From Octopus sinensis (taxonomy: Eukaryota): a DNA stretch of 64,000 bases. Location of the stretch: contig NC_043017.1 of NCBI RefSeq assembly GCF_006345805.1, positions 4,092,001-4,156,000 on the forward strand, written 5' to 3'. Both the position numbers and the translations under genes were made by a program. Under the pieces are notes generated by a model. The model was given only the letters and a program-made list of their open reading frames with translations. It searched no databases and had not been told where the DNA came from. Positions 1 through 12,490 of this stretch are shown piece by piece (the stretch's first letter is position 1; each line of letters opens with the position of its first letter).

Positions 1-910
1 TTCTTGAGCAAGACACTTTATTTCACGTTGCTCCAGTTCACTCAGCTGTAGAAATGAGTTGTGACATCACAGGTGCCAAGCTGTATCGGCCCCTTTGCCT
101 TTACCTTGAGCAAACAGCAGAGGCATGAAGAGGGGAAACTGGTATGCATGGGCAATTGCCAGCCTTCCACAAATAACCTTGCCCAGACTTGTGCCTCGGA
201 AAGAAAATTTCTGCATACAATCCCATGGTCATACATGATTGAAGGGGTCTTTACCTTTTACACACACAAACACACACACACGCGTGTAAAAGGAATCTTT
301 CAGTTTCCATCTACCAAATCCACTCACAAGGCTTTGGTTGGCCTGGAGCTACAGTAGGAGACACTTATCCAAGGTGCCACATAGTGGGACTGAACCCAAA
401 ACCATGTGGTTGGGAAGCCAACTTCTCAACCACACATTCATTTATTTAATTATCATTTTTAATCATCCATGGCACAGAACACAATGCCATGCGCAATCAA
501 AATATGTACATATATTCACGTGTTGAGTTTTATTAATCTTGTTTGTTCTACCAAATCTGTGTCTGTCTGTCTGTGTCTGTGTCTGTCTGTCTGTCTGTCT
601 GTGTCTGTGTCTGTCTGTCTGTCACCCCTCGTCAAGACATTATGCACTGATTAACAAATGTTCTTTTGCAATCTTCTGTAAAGATATGCCAGGACCACTG
701 TTGTTCCTGTTCAATGGAATGCAGAAGGATACAGGTGAGTGATTACTTTGGAGATGGGTAATGAGAAGAGTAGCAGATCATAAAATAATATTCATCAATG
801 AATTTCATGTAAGCATGGAACCGTTAAATTGATTATGATGCAATGAAGATGAAGATGTCCTTGTATCAAAATACTCATGTAGAGACACACACACACACAC
901 ACACACAATC

Positions 911-1507
911 ATACCTATTTCTTTATTACCCACAAGGGGCTAAACACAGAGAGGACAAACAAGGACAGACAAACGAATTAAGTCGATTACATCGACCCCA
1001 GTGCGTGACTGGTTCTTATTTTATCGATCCCGAAAGGATGAAAGGCAAAGTCGCCCTCGGCGGAATTTGAACTCAGAACATAGTCAAACAAAATACCTGT
1101 TTCTTTACTACCCACAAGGGGCTAAACACAGAGAGGACAAACAAGGACAGACAAATGGATTAAGTCGATTACATCGACCCCAGTGCATAACTGGTACTTA
1201 ATTTATTGACCCCGAAAGGATGAAAGGCAAAGTCGACCTCGGCGGAATTTGAACTCAGAACATAGTCAAACAAAATACCTATTTCTTTATTACCCACATG
1301 GGGCTAAACACAGAAGGGACAAACAAGGACAGACAAACGGATTGAGTCGATTACATCGACCCCAGTGCATAACTGGTACTTAATTTATCGACTCCGAAAG
1401 GATGAAAGGCAAAGTCAACCTCGGCGGAATTTGAACTCAGAACGTAACGGCAGACGAAATACGGCTACACATTTTGCCCGGCATGCTAACGTTTCTGCCA
1501 GCTCGCC
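911..1507 (-). mobile_element. SINE family A (tRNA head, Meta-like central domain): three head-to-tail units, 182-bp period
   Basis: Units begin at 911, 1093 and 1275. Each has the B-box gagttcaaattcc and the core gactttgcctttcatcctttcggggtcgat; only the last has the full 5' head. Confidence 0.85.
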
Positions 1508-2332
1508 GCCATCACAATCATACCATCACAGACGTACAGAGGTACTATTGGAAAACAACAGTCATATATGCAAAAAAAAACACAAAATTGCCCTGCAGGT
1601 ATATACAGGTAAGAACATGCATAGGTCAGTTTATTATTAGTAGTAAGTTTGCCAGGTGGTAAGCTGGCAGAATCGTTAGCACGCCAGGCAAAATGCTTTG
1701 CAGTATTTTGTTTGTCTTTACATTCTGAGTTCAAATTCCTCCAAGGTTGACTTAGCTTTTCATTCTTTCAGGGTCAATAAAATAAGTACCAGGCGAGCAC
1801 TGGGGTTGATGTAATCAACTATCCCCCTCCACCAAAATTGAAGGACTTGTGTGTACAGCTGAGAGGGTTAGGGTGAGTTTGAGGGAATCATTCAGTGTTG
1901 GACAAAATGGTTGACTATGCTCGGCCCGAGGCTATAGTGGAAGACACTTGCCCGAGGTGGCACACAGTGGGACTGAAGCCGGAACCATGTTGCTGGTAAG
2001 CAAGCTACTTACCACACAGCCACTCCTACGCCTTTTCTAACATAAATACAAGGCCAAAATATGAAGAGAAAGTTTAACCGACTGAATCAAGCCCAGTACA
2101 CGAATGTTATTCATTTAAGAAACAAAAACAATAAATAATTAAAAAAAAAAGGAACCAAACAAACTAAATACAAAGAGATTTTTACTACAGGAGAGAGAGA
2201 AAAGACAAAAACAAGACAAAAAAAATCTATGGAAGTTACAGAATAATGTTAATGTTCATGGTTAAGAGAATGACCATAAGTAATGTAGTGAACAGATGGT
2301 GAACATGATTGTTGGTCAACAATGTAGCAGTT

Positions 2333-2448
2333 CTAGACACAGTCTAGCATTTCAGTTTCCATCTCATTCATGGGATCTTCCCCTGGGACGTCTGAGTCAC
2401 TGTCTTCCGAACTGGCAAGGGAAGTGAATATCTGTTTCACAGGTTTCT
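2333..2448 (-). CDS. GTF3C5: GTF3C5 terminal coding exon (with stop codon)
   Basis: Acceptor cacactttcag, phase 1. Encodes (K)KPVKQIFTSLASSEDSDSDVPGEDPMNEMETEMLDCV*; the acidic tail NEMETE.LD.V matches the GTF3C5 C-terminus. TAG at 2335-2333. Confidence 0.93.
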
Positions 2449-2524
2449 CTGAAAGTGTGGAAAAGAAAGTCAGTATAGTAATGAGAAAATTACAAAGGGA
2501 TTGAGGACAATGGGTGTTTTGTCT

Positions 2525-2697
2525 GGTGGGGGCAAAGCCGGCTGTGAGGATTTGGGTCTTCGAGGCATTGACTTTCGTACCAATCTGCAATGCAACATGC
2601 TGGGGCTCGTTGATAGCAAACTGGACATCAGCAAATCTTTCGCCAAGTATTGCATTGAGGATGAATGAAGCCAGCTCAACCCACCCCGGGTGAAATG
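2525..2697 (-). mobile_element. Decayed RTE-type LINE reverse-transcriptase fragment in the last intron
   Basis: AILGERFADVQFAINEPQHVALQIGTKVNASKTQIL aligns without gaps to the RTE pattern that follows YADD (ALL...F.D.Q......A.QIGLKIN..KT). The YADD motif itself is not preserved. Confidence 0.55.
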
Positions 2698-2756
2698 CTG
2701 TCTCAAGACAAGAAGAGAAGAAAGGGATTGAACAAATATATGAACAAATTATAGGT

Positions 2757-3128
2757 ACAGCTTGCTTACCAACCACATGGTTCCGGGTTCAGTCCCACTG
2801 CGTGGCATCTTGGGCAAATGCCATCCACTATAGCCTCGGGCCAACCAATGCCTTGTGAGAGGGTTTGGTAGATGGAAACTGAAAGAAGCTTGTCGTAGAT
2901 ATATGTGTGTGTGTATGTTTGTGTGTCTGTGTTTGTTCCCGTAGCATTGCTTGACAACCAATGCTGGTGTGTTTATGTCCCCGTCACTTAGCGATTCAGC
3001 AAAAGAGACCGACAAAATAAGTACTAGGCTTACAAAGAATAAGTCCCAGAGTCGATTTGCTCGAGTAAAGGCGGTGCTCCAGCATGGCCGCAGCCAAATG
3101 ACTGAAACAAGTAAAAGAGTAAAAGAGA
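2757..3128 (+). mobile_element. SINE family B (CORE-like, internal CA/TA microsatellite, gtaaaaga tail); further copies at about 14185-14410, 36880-37270, 40715-41070, 44430-44850, 63200-63580
   Basis: gggttcagtcccactgcgtggcatcttgggcaa...ggaaactgaaagaagc...ctccagcatggccgcagtcaaatgactgaaacaagtaaaagag recurs many times. The ccttgggcaag motif resembles the CORE domain. Confidence 0.85.
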
Positions 3129-3486
3129 ACAAGACCATATAGGCACAGGCTGTATGGTTAAGAAGCAAACTTTGTAACCAGGTGGTTTGGGGTTCAGTCC
3201 CACAGTGCAGTACCTTGAGCAAGTATCTTCAACTACAGAATCCAAGACAATCAATACATTGTGAGTGAATTTAGAAGACATAAACTGTCTGCAATCACGT
3301 GTGTGTGTGTGTGTGTGCATATGCATGTGTGTGTGCCTTTGTGCTTGACCCCCATCACTGCTTTACAACTAGTGTTGGTTTGTTTGTGTCCTTGTAACTT
3401 AGCAGTTCAGCAAAAGTCACTTCGATCAGAGGTGACCAGGCTTATGAGCAACAACAACAGTCACAACAAAAACAACAGCAACTTAC

Positions 3487-3616
3487 TTTTTGGAACTTTC
3501 TTCCCAGTGTTTTCGCCGACCGGAGAATAAGTATTGAGCTTATGGTACATAATCTCACGGCATTTGTCGTTCATGTCTTTCATGCACCAACCGTCCTTTT
3601 CATCACAGACCGTTTC
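3487..3616 (-). CDS. GTF3C5: GTF3C5 penultimate coding exon
   Basis: Acceptor ctgttttag, donor A|gtaagt, 130 nt (phase 0 to 1). Encodes ETVCDEKDGWCMKDMNDKCREIMYHKLNTYSPVGENTGKKVPK, containing the C.E.DGWC...R..M motif. Confidence 0.93.
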
Positions 3617-3714
3617 CTAAAACAGACATATAAAAATAAAGGGGAAAAAAACATGAAAAGCAAAAACAAAATAAGTCAGATAGCACAAGCATTTTCATAA
3701 ATACAGATTCTGTT

Positions 3715-3945
3715 CATGTGTGTGCATGTGTGTGCACATGTGTGCATGTGTGCACATGTGTGTATGTGTGTGCACATGTGTGTGCGTGTGTGCATGCACA
3801 TGTGTGCATGTGTGTGTGTGTGCATGTGTATATGTGCATGTGTGCATGTGCATGGGTGTCTGTGTATACGTGCATGTGTGCGCATGCGTATGTGTTGCAT
3901 GTGCATGTGTGTGTGTGTACATGTGTGTGCATGCACTGTGCATGT
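3715..3945. repeat. Cryptic (TG/CA)n alternating purine-pyrimidine tract
   Basis: Direct reading. Confidence 0.9.
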
Positions 3946-4791
3946 ATGAGGGATGGGGAGTAAGGAGGGGAGAGGGGGCCCTAGAACTCGTAAGGCCAAG
4001 CTTAGCCCAGTTTCCATGATGAATAAGTGTCTGAGATTACAACACTACCATCTGGATAGGATGTCAGTCCATCACGGGGTTAAACTTCCTGGCTGTTGCT
4101 AGTCAAGTGGACTGGGGCATCGTGGAATGAAGTGTTTTGCTCAAGAACACAATGCACCACCCAGTCCAAAAACTGAAACCACAATCTTTGAGTAAAACAC
4201 CCTAACCACGCACTAAGCCATGCACCTTCACTGATCTACTAGAATTAGCATCATCATCATCATCATTATCATCATCGTCATCACCATCAGTCCGAACAGT
4301 AGAGACTGAAGAGGTCACACACACATACACACAAATGAAGCCTCCATGTGTCTCATGAGACCATACAAGATTTTCCTTCAAAGAGCACATGCAAGGGTTT
4401 CCTTCAGAGGTTTTAATGGATGACCAGCAGTAGCCCATGCATGCAAGTCCCCCCTCTCCTCCATGCCATCAATGTTGTCCAAGAGATAGGCAAGATCCAC
4501 TGCTGTTTGGTTCTACTACCAACACCAACCAGCAATGCCGTTGCTCTCACAACACAAACACAACACTTACAAGGCACCTCACCATCCCACTCCTTGCTCT
4601 AACAACAATTCCACCAACCCACCACCCTCATCTGGTATTATTTATTCATCAACCCAAAAGGATGAAGAGCACACTGTATTTTCCAGTAGACAAGTCAAAT
4701 CTTTCAGACTAAAATCTACAACCAAAACAAGGTAAATTGATTTATACACTAATATGACTTATACACTAAGATGACTTTATACACTAAGATT

Positions 4792-5195
4792 ACTGGCAGA
4801 AACGTTAGCACGCCAGGTGAAATGCTTAGCGGTATTTCATCTGTCATTACGTTCTGAGTTCAAATTCCGCCGAGGTCGACTTTGCCTCTTATCCTTTCGG
4901 GGTCAATAAATTAAGTACCAGTTACGCACTGGGGTCGATGTAATCAACTTAATCCCTTTGTCTGTCCTCGTTTGTCCCCTCTGTGTTTAGCCCCTTGTGG
5001 GTAGTAAAGAAATAGGTATTTCGTCTGCCGCTACGTTCTGAGTTCAGATTCCGCCGAGGTCGACTTTGCCTTTCATCCTTTCGGGGTCAATAAATTAAGT
5101 ACCAGTTACGCACTGGGGATCGATGTAATCGACTTAATCCCTTTGTCTGTCCTTGTTTGTCCCCTCTATGTTTAGCCCCTTGTGGGCAATAAAAA
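4792..5195 (+). mobile_element. SINE family A dimer
   Basis: A full unit (head ctggcagaaacgttagcacgcc) is followed by a headless unit joined at aaataggtatttcgtctg. Confidence 0.85.
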
Positions 5196-5875
5196 AAATA
5201 AAATAAGATGATTTCGAAGGGCCAAAAATTCCATTTGAAATGCATCATGATTGGAAAGATAGTGACAATGTTTGACTGGTTTACATTACGGGTTGACAAT
5301 ATGTACTATGTTGGCTTGTATGCAGTGAAAAAATATGGTATCTGATCATAGCAGGATTTGAACTCAAAGTGCAGAGATTCAGAAAAAATACGGGCGAATT
5401 TTTCTAACAACCCATTTGGGTCCATAGTTGTTTGGACACAGGTGATTTGGCACAACTGACAGCACATTCGTTCTGTTTTGGTGACAGTATTTTATAGTGC
5501 TGGAAGCAAACACACATGCACACACACATGCACAGGAAGATGCACACACAGAAAGAAGTAGTGAGAAAAGAGAGCAGGAGAGAGAGAGAGAGGGAGAGAG
5601 AGGGAGAGAGAGAGGGAGAGAGAGGGAGAGAGAGAGGGAGAGAGAGGGAGAGAGAGAGGGAGAGAGAGGGAGAGAGAGAGAGATTACAGTTTATTAAGTG
5701 AATCCAATTGACACAAATACTTTCCCCTCTCTTCTTCAGACACACACACAGAAATTAACGCTCACACACAAACAAAATTCCAGCAAAGAAATTGAATTAA
5801 TGACCTTTGAGCAAGTAGTTCAATTAATACTGTGTCCACTGGGCCACTTCACTCCTCTGCTGTTTGGACTGATGG

Positions 5876-5986
5876 GCGACAATGATGATGATGATGATGA
5901 CAATGATAACGACAATGATGATGATGATAATGATGATGATGACAATAATGATAACGACAATGATGATGATGATGATGATGACAATA

Positions 5987-6017
<31 letters not shown>

Positions 6018-6353
6018 CGATGACGACGATGATGATGATGATGACGATGACGACGATGATGATGACAATGATGATGACGATGATGATAACAATAATGATA
6101 ATGACAATGATGATGATGATGATGATGACAATAATGATGATGATGATGACGATGACGATGACGACGATGATGATGATGATGACGACGACAATGATGATGA
6201 CGATGACGACGACAATGATGATGACGATGATGACGACAATGATGATGACGATGATGATGATGATGATAATAACAATGATGATGATGACGAAGATGATGAT
6301 GATGATAATAACAATGATGATGATGACGAAGATGATGATGACAATGATGATGA
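5876..6353. repeat. Compound (GAT/GAC/AAT)n trinucleotide repeat
   Basis: About 480 bp of in-phase GAY/AAY triplets with recurring sub-blocks; it produces four spurious low-complexity ORFs. Confidence 0.95.
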
Positions 6354-8095
6354 GAAAGAAAAAGAATGCACTTTGTCTGCAGTGGTTGGTTACAGGGCGG
6401 ATATTCACAAATCGCAAGACTTTTTGCACCACTTCCCACTCTTTTTCCCTCACACACACTCAGTCACATACACACACAAAACTATACGCATACTCCATCT
6501 CTCTCGCTCACACACACACACACACACACACACACTTTACCATTCGGATATCCTGTGGTGGTTCTTTTGTAATTTTGCTTTAGTATCCTCCCCAAATATT
6601 AAATAGTTTGGGGGAAGAGAGGAGGTGGGGGGCTGCTTAATGTTTAATTATATGGGGAGATACAAGGGTGGTCGAAGGGTGGGGATGGTTGAGGGTGGTG
6701 AAAGGGTGAATGGAAGGATGGTTGGCAGGTGGTTGGGAGAAGGGGGCACCTAAGTGGTGGTGCAAGGGCAGTGAGAAATGGGGCGAGAGAGAGATAGAAG
6801 GAAGAGTGAGGTGAGGAGTGTGGATGGCAGGGGGTGATGGGTGAGTGATGGTGGTGGAGTGGTGACGGAAGGGTGTAGGGTGGACAAGTAGTGGGGAAGG
6901 GTGGTGATGGAAAGATGATGGACAATCAGTGGAGAAATAGTGGTGAAAGTGGACAAATGGTTAGGAGCATAATGGTGACAAGAGGGGCCAAATTACCAAT
7001 CATTCATGGGTTCAAAGCATGAACAACCCCTATTCAAGTTCAAATTAAAATAATCTCAAAGCATATTAAAATGTAATTTGCATCAATTAATTAAAATATA
7101 ATTGATGCAAATTAAAATGATTTTGAAGCAAATTGAATCTCTTTTTGTAAGTAAATAATGCCATAAAACAATGGCCAGATATTTTCAATGTCTTCATCTA
7201 ATGAGAAATGGTAATTTAGTTTTTTTAACAACAACACTTCTTGACCAAGTAACAAAACATCTTTTATATCATCATCATCATCATTTAACATCCAAGTTCC
7301 ATGATGGCATGGTTGGATGGTTTGTCCAAGGACTGCATTGAGCTCCAATATCTGCTTTAGTATGGGTTATATGGTTGGATGCCCTTCCTGGTGCCTACCA
7401 CTTTAAAGCATGGACTGGGTGCTTTTTTTTTTTGCCACCTGTATTACTGAGCTCACCAATACAGTTTGCAGGACTACAAATTCATAAGGTCAGAAATTTC
7501 ATAGATTGGGTTAGTTGTTTAAATCAACCCTAGCACTAGATTGGTATTTTATTTTTATCAACCTCAAACCCTGCTGAGGTAAACTTTGCCCTGTGGGTAG
7601 TAAAGAAATAGGCATTTCGTCTGCTGCTACGTTCTGAGTTCAAATTCCGCCGAGGTTGACTTTGCCTTTCATCCTTTTGGGGTCGATTAAATAAGTACCA
7701 GTTACGCACTGGGGTCGATATAATCGACTTAATCCGTTTGTCTGTCCTTGTTCGTCCTCTCTGTGTTTAGCACCTTGTGGGTAGTAAAGAAATAGATAAA
7801 CTTTGCTCTTCTAAATAAGAAATAGAAAGCAAAGTTGACTCAGCAAAACTTGAACTTGAAATGTACTCTTTAGGAAATACAAAATCACAGCTGCTCTACA
7901 CATAAGCACACTTGATTCAGAGAAATCCTTGTTCCACCGAGACGACCAGCTCCAGTTTGTTGAGCCACACTTAATCAATTTGTTGACTATAACTCTCGGA
8001 GTGGTTGGTGTTAGGAAGGGCATCCAGCTGTAGAAACACTGCCAGATCTGACTGGCCTGGTGCAGCCGTCGGGCTTGCCAGACCCCAGTTGAACC

Positions 8096-8322
8096 TATTT
8101 CTTTATTACCCACTAGGGGCTAAACACAGAGGGGACAAACAAGGACAGACATAGGTATTAAGTCGATTACATCGACCCCAGTGCGTAACTGGTACTTAAT
8201 TTATCGACCCCGAAAGGATGAAAGGCAAAGTCGACCTTGGCGGAATTTGAACTCAGAACGTAACGCAGACGAAATATCGCTAAGCATTTCGCCTGGTGTG
8301 CTAAAGTTTCTGCCAGCTCGCC
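8096..8322 (-). mobile_element. SINE family A inserted into a family-D element, with target-site duplication
   Basis: agttgaacc is duplicated at 8087-8095 and 8323-8331, and the family-D sequence resumes across the insertion. Confidence 0.85.
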
Positions 8323-8390
8323 AGTTGAACCGTCCAACCCATGCTAGCATGGAAAGCGGACGTTAAACGATGATGATGATGATGATGAAA

Positions 8391-8637
8391 CACTCACAAA
8401 GAATCTTCAATGTTAGCTGTGGGCATTTGTCTAACAACCCAACAAATGACTCAATATATTCATGTTCTATATTCCTGACTTTGTCAAGGACACTTCCATG
8501 TGATATCTAATCTCTATGCAACCAATTATACACTGTTACCATGTTAACACTGAGTGCCCCAGCAATGGAATCCCAGTCTTTTTCATTACATATGGGAAAT
8601 GAATAACGAGGTGTATTTGCATCAACAACGAACGCAT
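8391..8637 (-). mobile_element. Possible decayed Tc1/IS630-like transposase N-terminal HTH fragment
   Basis: FVVDA...EKDWDSIAGALSVNMVTVYNWLH...EHEYIESFVGLLDKCPQLTLKILCE resembles the paired HTH region; one internal stop. Confidence 0.45.
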
Positions 8638-10016
8638 AGTATGCAAATTAGGCAACAACTAAGTTCTGGTTTGCATTTCACATCAAAGGCCTTAAAATCT
8701 GTAGTTTAACTGCTTTATTCCTTATAGAATGTTGAGTATAAATATTTATTAATATTTAATCATGCTAAAGCAGTAAGCTGGCAGAATCGTTAACGCGCCG
8801 GACAAAATGCTTAGCGGCACTTCATCCATCTTCACGTTCTGAGTTCAAATTCCGCTGCAGTTGACTTTGCCTTTCACCTTTTCAGGGTCAATAAAATAAG
8901 CACCAGCTGAGTACTGGGTTCAATACACTCGACTCATTCCCTCTCCGAAATTGCTGGCCTTGTGCCAAGATTTGAAATCAATGTTTAATTTGAAATCCCT
9001 TTTGCACAATTCCTTAAAATATTTTAATTATAAAAAATAAGACATTTTTTTAGTGTAAAATAGGAATCAAGAATTGATTGAGGATTGAGAATCCCTACTT
9101 TAGACAATGCACACATTGATAGCCTACGTCTGAAAACAAGGCCGGAAGGCCATCACTGGAATGTCTCTGATTATAATATTGAATGTTTCCTAAGTAGCGT
9201 GATTAAATAATGAATGTACACTAATGAATGTGCAGCATACAAATTAGACCAGCTATTACAGCTAAATTCTGGTTCTTGCTTAATCTAAATAGCAGTTACT
9301 ATAAAGTTCCCTTCATGAGCAGAAAGCTGAATGCGTGCCTGTCTTTTGGTAAGTGGTCCATAAATCAAATGACACGTCAGGACAATCTCTTTACTTGAAT
9401 GTGTGGGAAGAAGATAACAAGTTGTATTTATATTTGTCGTAAGGTTCACAGTGAAGGCTTTAAAAACTGTAGTTTGACCATTTTAAACTCATCTTAAGTT
9501 TCTGATATAAGCAGTACTGTGCATAAATATATAGATATACTTACATGTGTGTGTGCACATGCATATATACATGCATGTATGTGTATATCTATATATGCAT
9601 GCGTCTGCACAAAACACATGCACAGTACAGGTGTTTGTAAAGTATTCAATGTGGAGGTGGTCATGCCGATTGAATATCTGAGAAACTTTTCCATCCTGTG
9701 TTCGTGTCAACAAAGGAATGTTTCCTAAATAGTGTAGGTGGTTCATACAATAACTTATCTGTCCGAAAATTCAAACGGAAACTAGCACAGATACAAAAGA
9801 CCAACAAAAGAGAATTAGGGTTGGGGGTCTTTATATGGTTGTTCAATCTGCTCAAAAATGCAGCCATATCTCTCTGATGCCACACCCTATGATCTTAAAT
9901 AGGGAAGAGCCCTTTAGACCAGTGGTTCTCAGCAAGAGTCCATAAGACCTTTGGGGGCCCAGATAAGATTTTCTTGTTAAAATTTATGTGCAATAAATTG
10001 CTTTTACTTCTACAGT

Positions 10017-10330
10017 GTGAAGGCGCATGGCTCAGTGGTTAGAGCGTCGAGCTTACGATCGTGAGGTTGTGAATTCGAATCCCAGACTGGGCTGCGTGTT
10101 GTGTTCTTGAGCAAGACACTTTATTTCACATTGCTCCAGTTCACTCATCTGGAGAAATGAGTCACGACATCACAGGTGCCTTTCCCTTGGATAACACTGG
10201 TGGCGTGGAGAGGGGAGGCCGGTATGCATGGGCGACTGCTGGTCTTCCATAAACAACCTTGCCCAGACTTGTGCCTGGGAGGGAAACTTTCTAGGTGCAA
10301 TCCCACGGTCAGTCATGACCAAAGAGGGTT
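10017..10330 (+). mobile_element. SINE family C (tRNA-derived head); further copies at 1-260, 4395-4560(-), 48795-49138(-), 59455-59735
   Basis: A-box tggctcagtgg and B-box-like gaattcgaatccc, then ttcttgagcaagacactttatttcac...ctccagttcactca, shared between copies. Confidence 0.85.
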
Positions 10331-12430
10331 TCAATGAGAGTGTAGTGACACAAAATATTTTAATCTTTTTTATACAATTCCTTAAAATATTTAATTATAA
10401 AAGACCTTTTTTTTTTTTCGAGTAAAATAGGAATCAGAAGGGTCCATAGGTAAAACAAGGCTTTGGTCGGCCTGAGGCTATAGTAGGTGCCATGCAGTGG
10501 GAATGAACCCAGAACCATGTGGTTGGTAAGCAAGCTACTTACCACACAGCCACTCCTGCACCTATGAATTAATTAATAGAATTTCAAAATAAATAAACCT
10601 GAAACAGACTGAGGGTCGAGCCCCAGTATTTGACCAGGACCTTATTTTATCAACCCCAAATGGGTAAATCCAGCAGAATTAGAACTCAGAATGTAAAGAG
10701 CAAGAAGAAATACCACACAGCATTTTCTCTCTCCACTGTTCAAATGATCCATCCTGCCAGTCCACTCCATTCAGTAGCACATTAGTAACAATAGCAGAAA
10801 AGCAAAGAGTGAATTCAAATCCAATAAACCAATCCAAAACAAATTTAATCTGAGATTGTTTTCTTTTTTCATTTAAATAAAAAAATTTTTTTATGATGGC
10901 TGACTGAACACCTTTTCGTGTGTTGTTGGTAAACTGATAAAATAATAATCAAAAACACCTGGTCGAGTTACAGGATGTTGGACCTCATATAGTTTTATTG
11001 ATTAACGACACCAATGATAAATTATATACAAGGCCAATGAGGGGGACGAAGGCAATACATGATAAATGAATCTGCTAAAAATAATATCCGGATTTCTCTC
11101 AACTGTCTTACAAAAGCAGGACACATTGGATAAAGTAATGTCTAAAAGGACAGTTTGATCACGACTGGAATGCTTTTAGTCCTTTAGCATTTAAACCAGC
11201 CAAATCCAGTCCAAATATTCTACCTGCCTTTGGTTCAGACCAGCCAGATGATCTGGCATGTCACACCTAGCCTACGATGTCATCATAAGAATGAACAATC
11301 ACATCTGCTGCTACGTTCTGAGTTCAAATTCCGCCGAGGTCGACTTTGCCTATCATCCTTTCGGGGGTCGATTAAATAAGTACCAGTTACGCACTGGGAT
11401 TGATATAATCGACTTAATCCATTTGTCTGTTTTGTCTGTCCTTGTTTGTCCCCTCTGTGTGTAGCCCCTTGTGGGCAGTAAAGAAATAAGAATGAACAAT
11501 CACATCATCAAAATCTCAAAGCTATAAGATAATTAATTCAAAGTGATTAATTAATTAATTCAAAATAACATGAATAAAAAATAAGCACTGCATTTGAAAG
11601 AGTAATATGAATATGAATACTAAATGATTAATCATAAACCTACTTCGTCAAGGCTGACCCAAGACTACAAAACAACAATGCAGTGAAGCTAAAGAATGCC
11701 TGAGAAGTTATTTACCCAGAGAAAAGGCCTTATAGATGTCTATTAAGATATCACCTATTCACAGAAAATATGTATATCTATGTAGGATAGGTTACATTTA
11801 GATGTCTCAGTTTACAAGTACACGTGTTATTAGAGCTAATAAGTTTTAATATAGGTATTATAAAAGTATGGATTAGCAGAACCTGTTGAATGTTGGGCAA
11901 AATATCTTGTAGTATTTTGGTCGTGTATTTTTATACTCTGTGTTCAAATTTTACTGCGGTTCACTTTTATTGACCCCCGAAGGATGAAAGACACCGTTGA
12001 CCGTGGAAGAATTTGAACTCAGAACATGAAGACAGACAAAATGCTGCTGAGCATTTTACCCAGCATGCAAAGATTTCTGCCAGTGAAAAGGTATTAAGGA
12101 ATAAATGCAACAGTTTGCAGGTCTGTCACACCCACATAAATATATGAATGTCTGATCATGAAACTGAGTGAAAGCAAAACTTTTTCTTAGAAAAAAGAAT
12201 ATTTTAAAACATGGATTACAAAACTAGACAGATACTAAGAGCGAGAGTGAGAGAGAGAGAGAGAGATACACAACCAGAGAAAGACGGTCAGGTAAATAAA
12301 TAGAAAGATGGTTGATAATTAGATAAATACATAAGTAGGTAGATATATAAGAAAAATAGCCAGGTAGAAAGAGAGAGAGAGAGAGGCTGACAGACAGACA
12401 GACAGACAGGTGGGTAGGTAGGTAAGTAGG

Positions 12431-12490
<60 letters not shown>

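Noticed and set aside
2510-2668. 52-aa plus-strand ORF MGVLSGGGKAGCEDLGLRG...
   Set aside because: Antisense shadow of the RT remnant frame; no independent support.
3676-4019. Many 60-150 aa ORFs rich in H/T, C/V, Y/I or S/L here and across the window
   Set aside because: Translations of (CA)n, (TA)n, (GA)n and (GATA)n microsatellites or of SINE bodies that recur in near-identical form.
5698-6606. 302-aa poly-Asp ORF as an Aspein-like shell protein gene
   Set aside because: Starts at GTG, has no signal peptide, and the flanks translate CA repeats; the ORF is explained by a stop-free trinucleotide tract.
6610-6965. G-rich purine tract as coding or functional G-quadruplex
   Set aside because: Low-complexity sequence; ORFs on the opposite strand are compositional and nothing supports a function.
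8610-8650. Paired octamer motifs as an enhancer
   Set aside because: They fall within or beside a probable decayed transposase fragment, so they are likely coincidental.
10017-10095. tRNA gene
   Set aside because: The tRNA-like head runs directly into a repeated SINE body and has no intact acceptor stem; the same holds for the other A/B-box heads.
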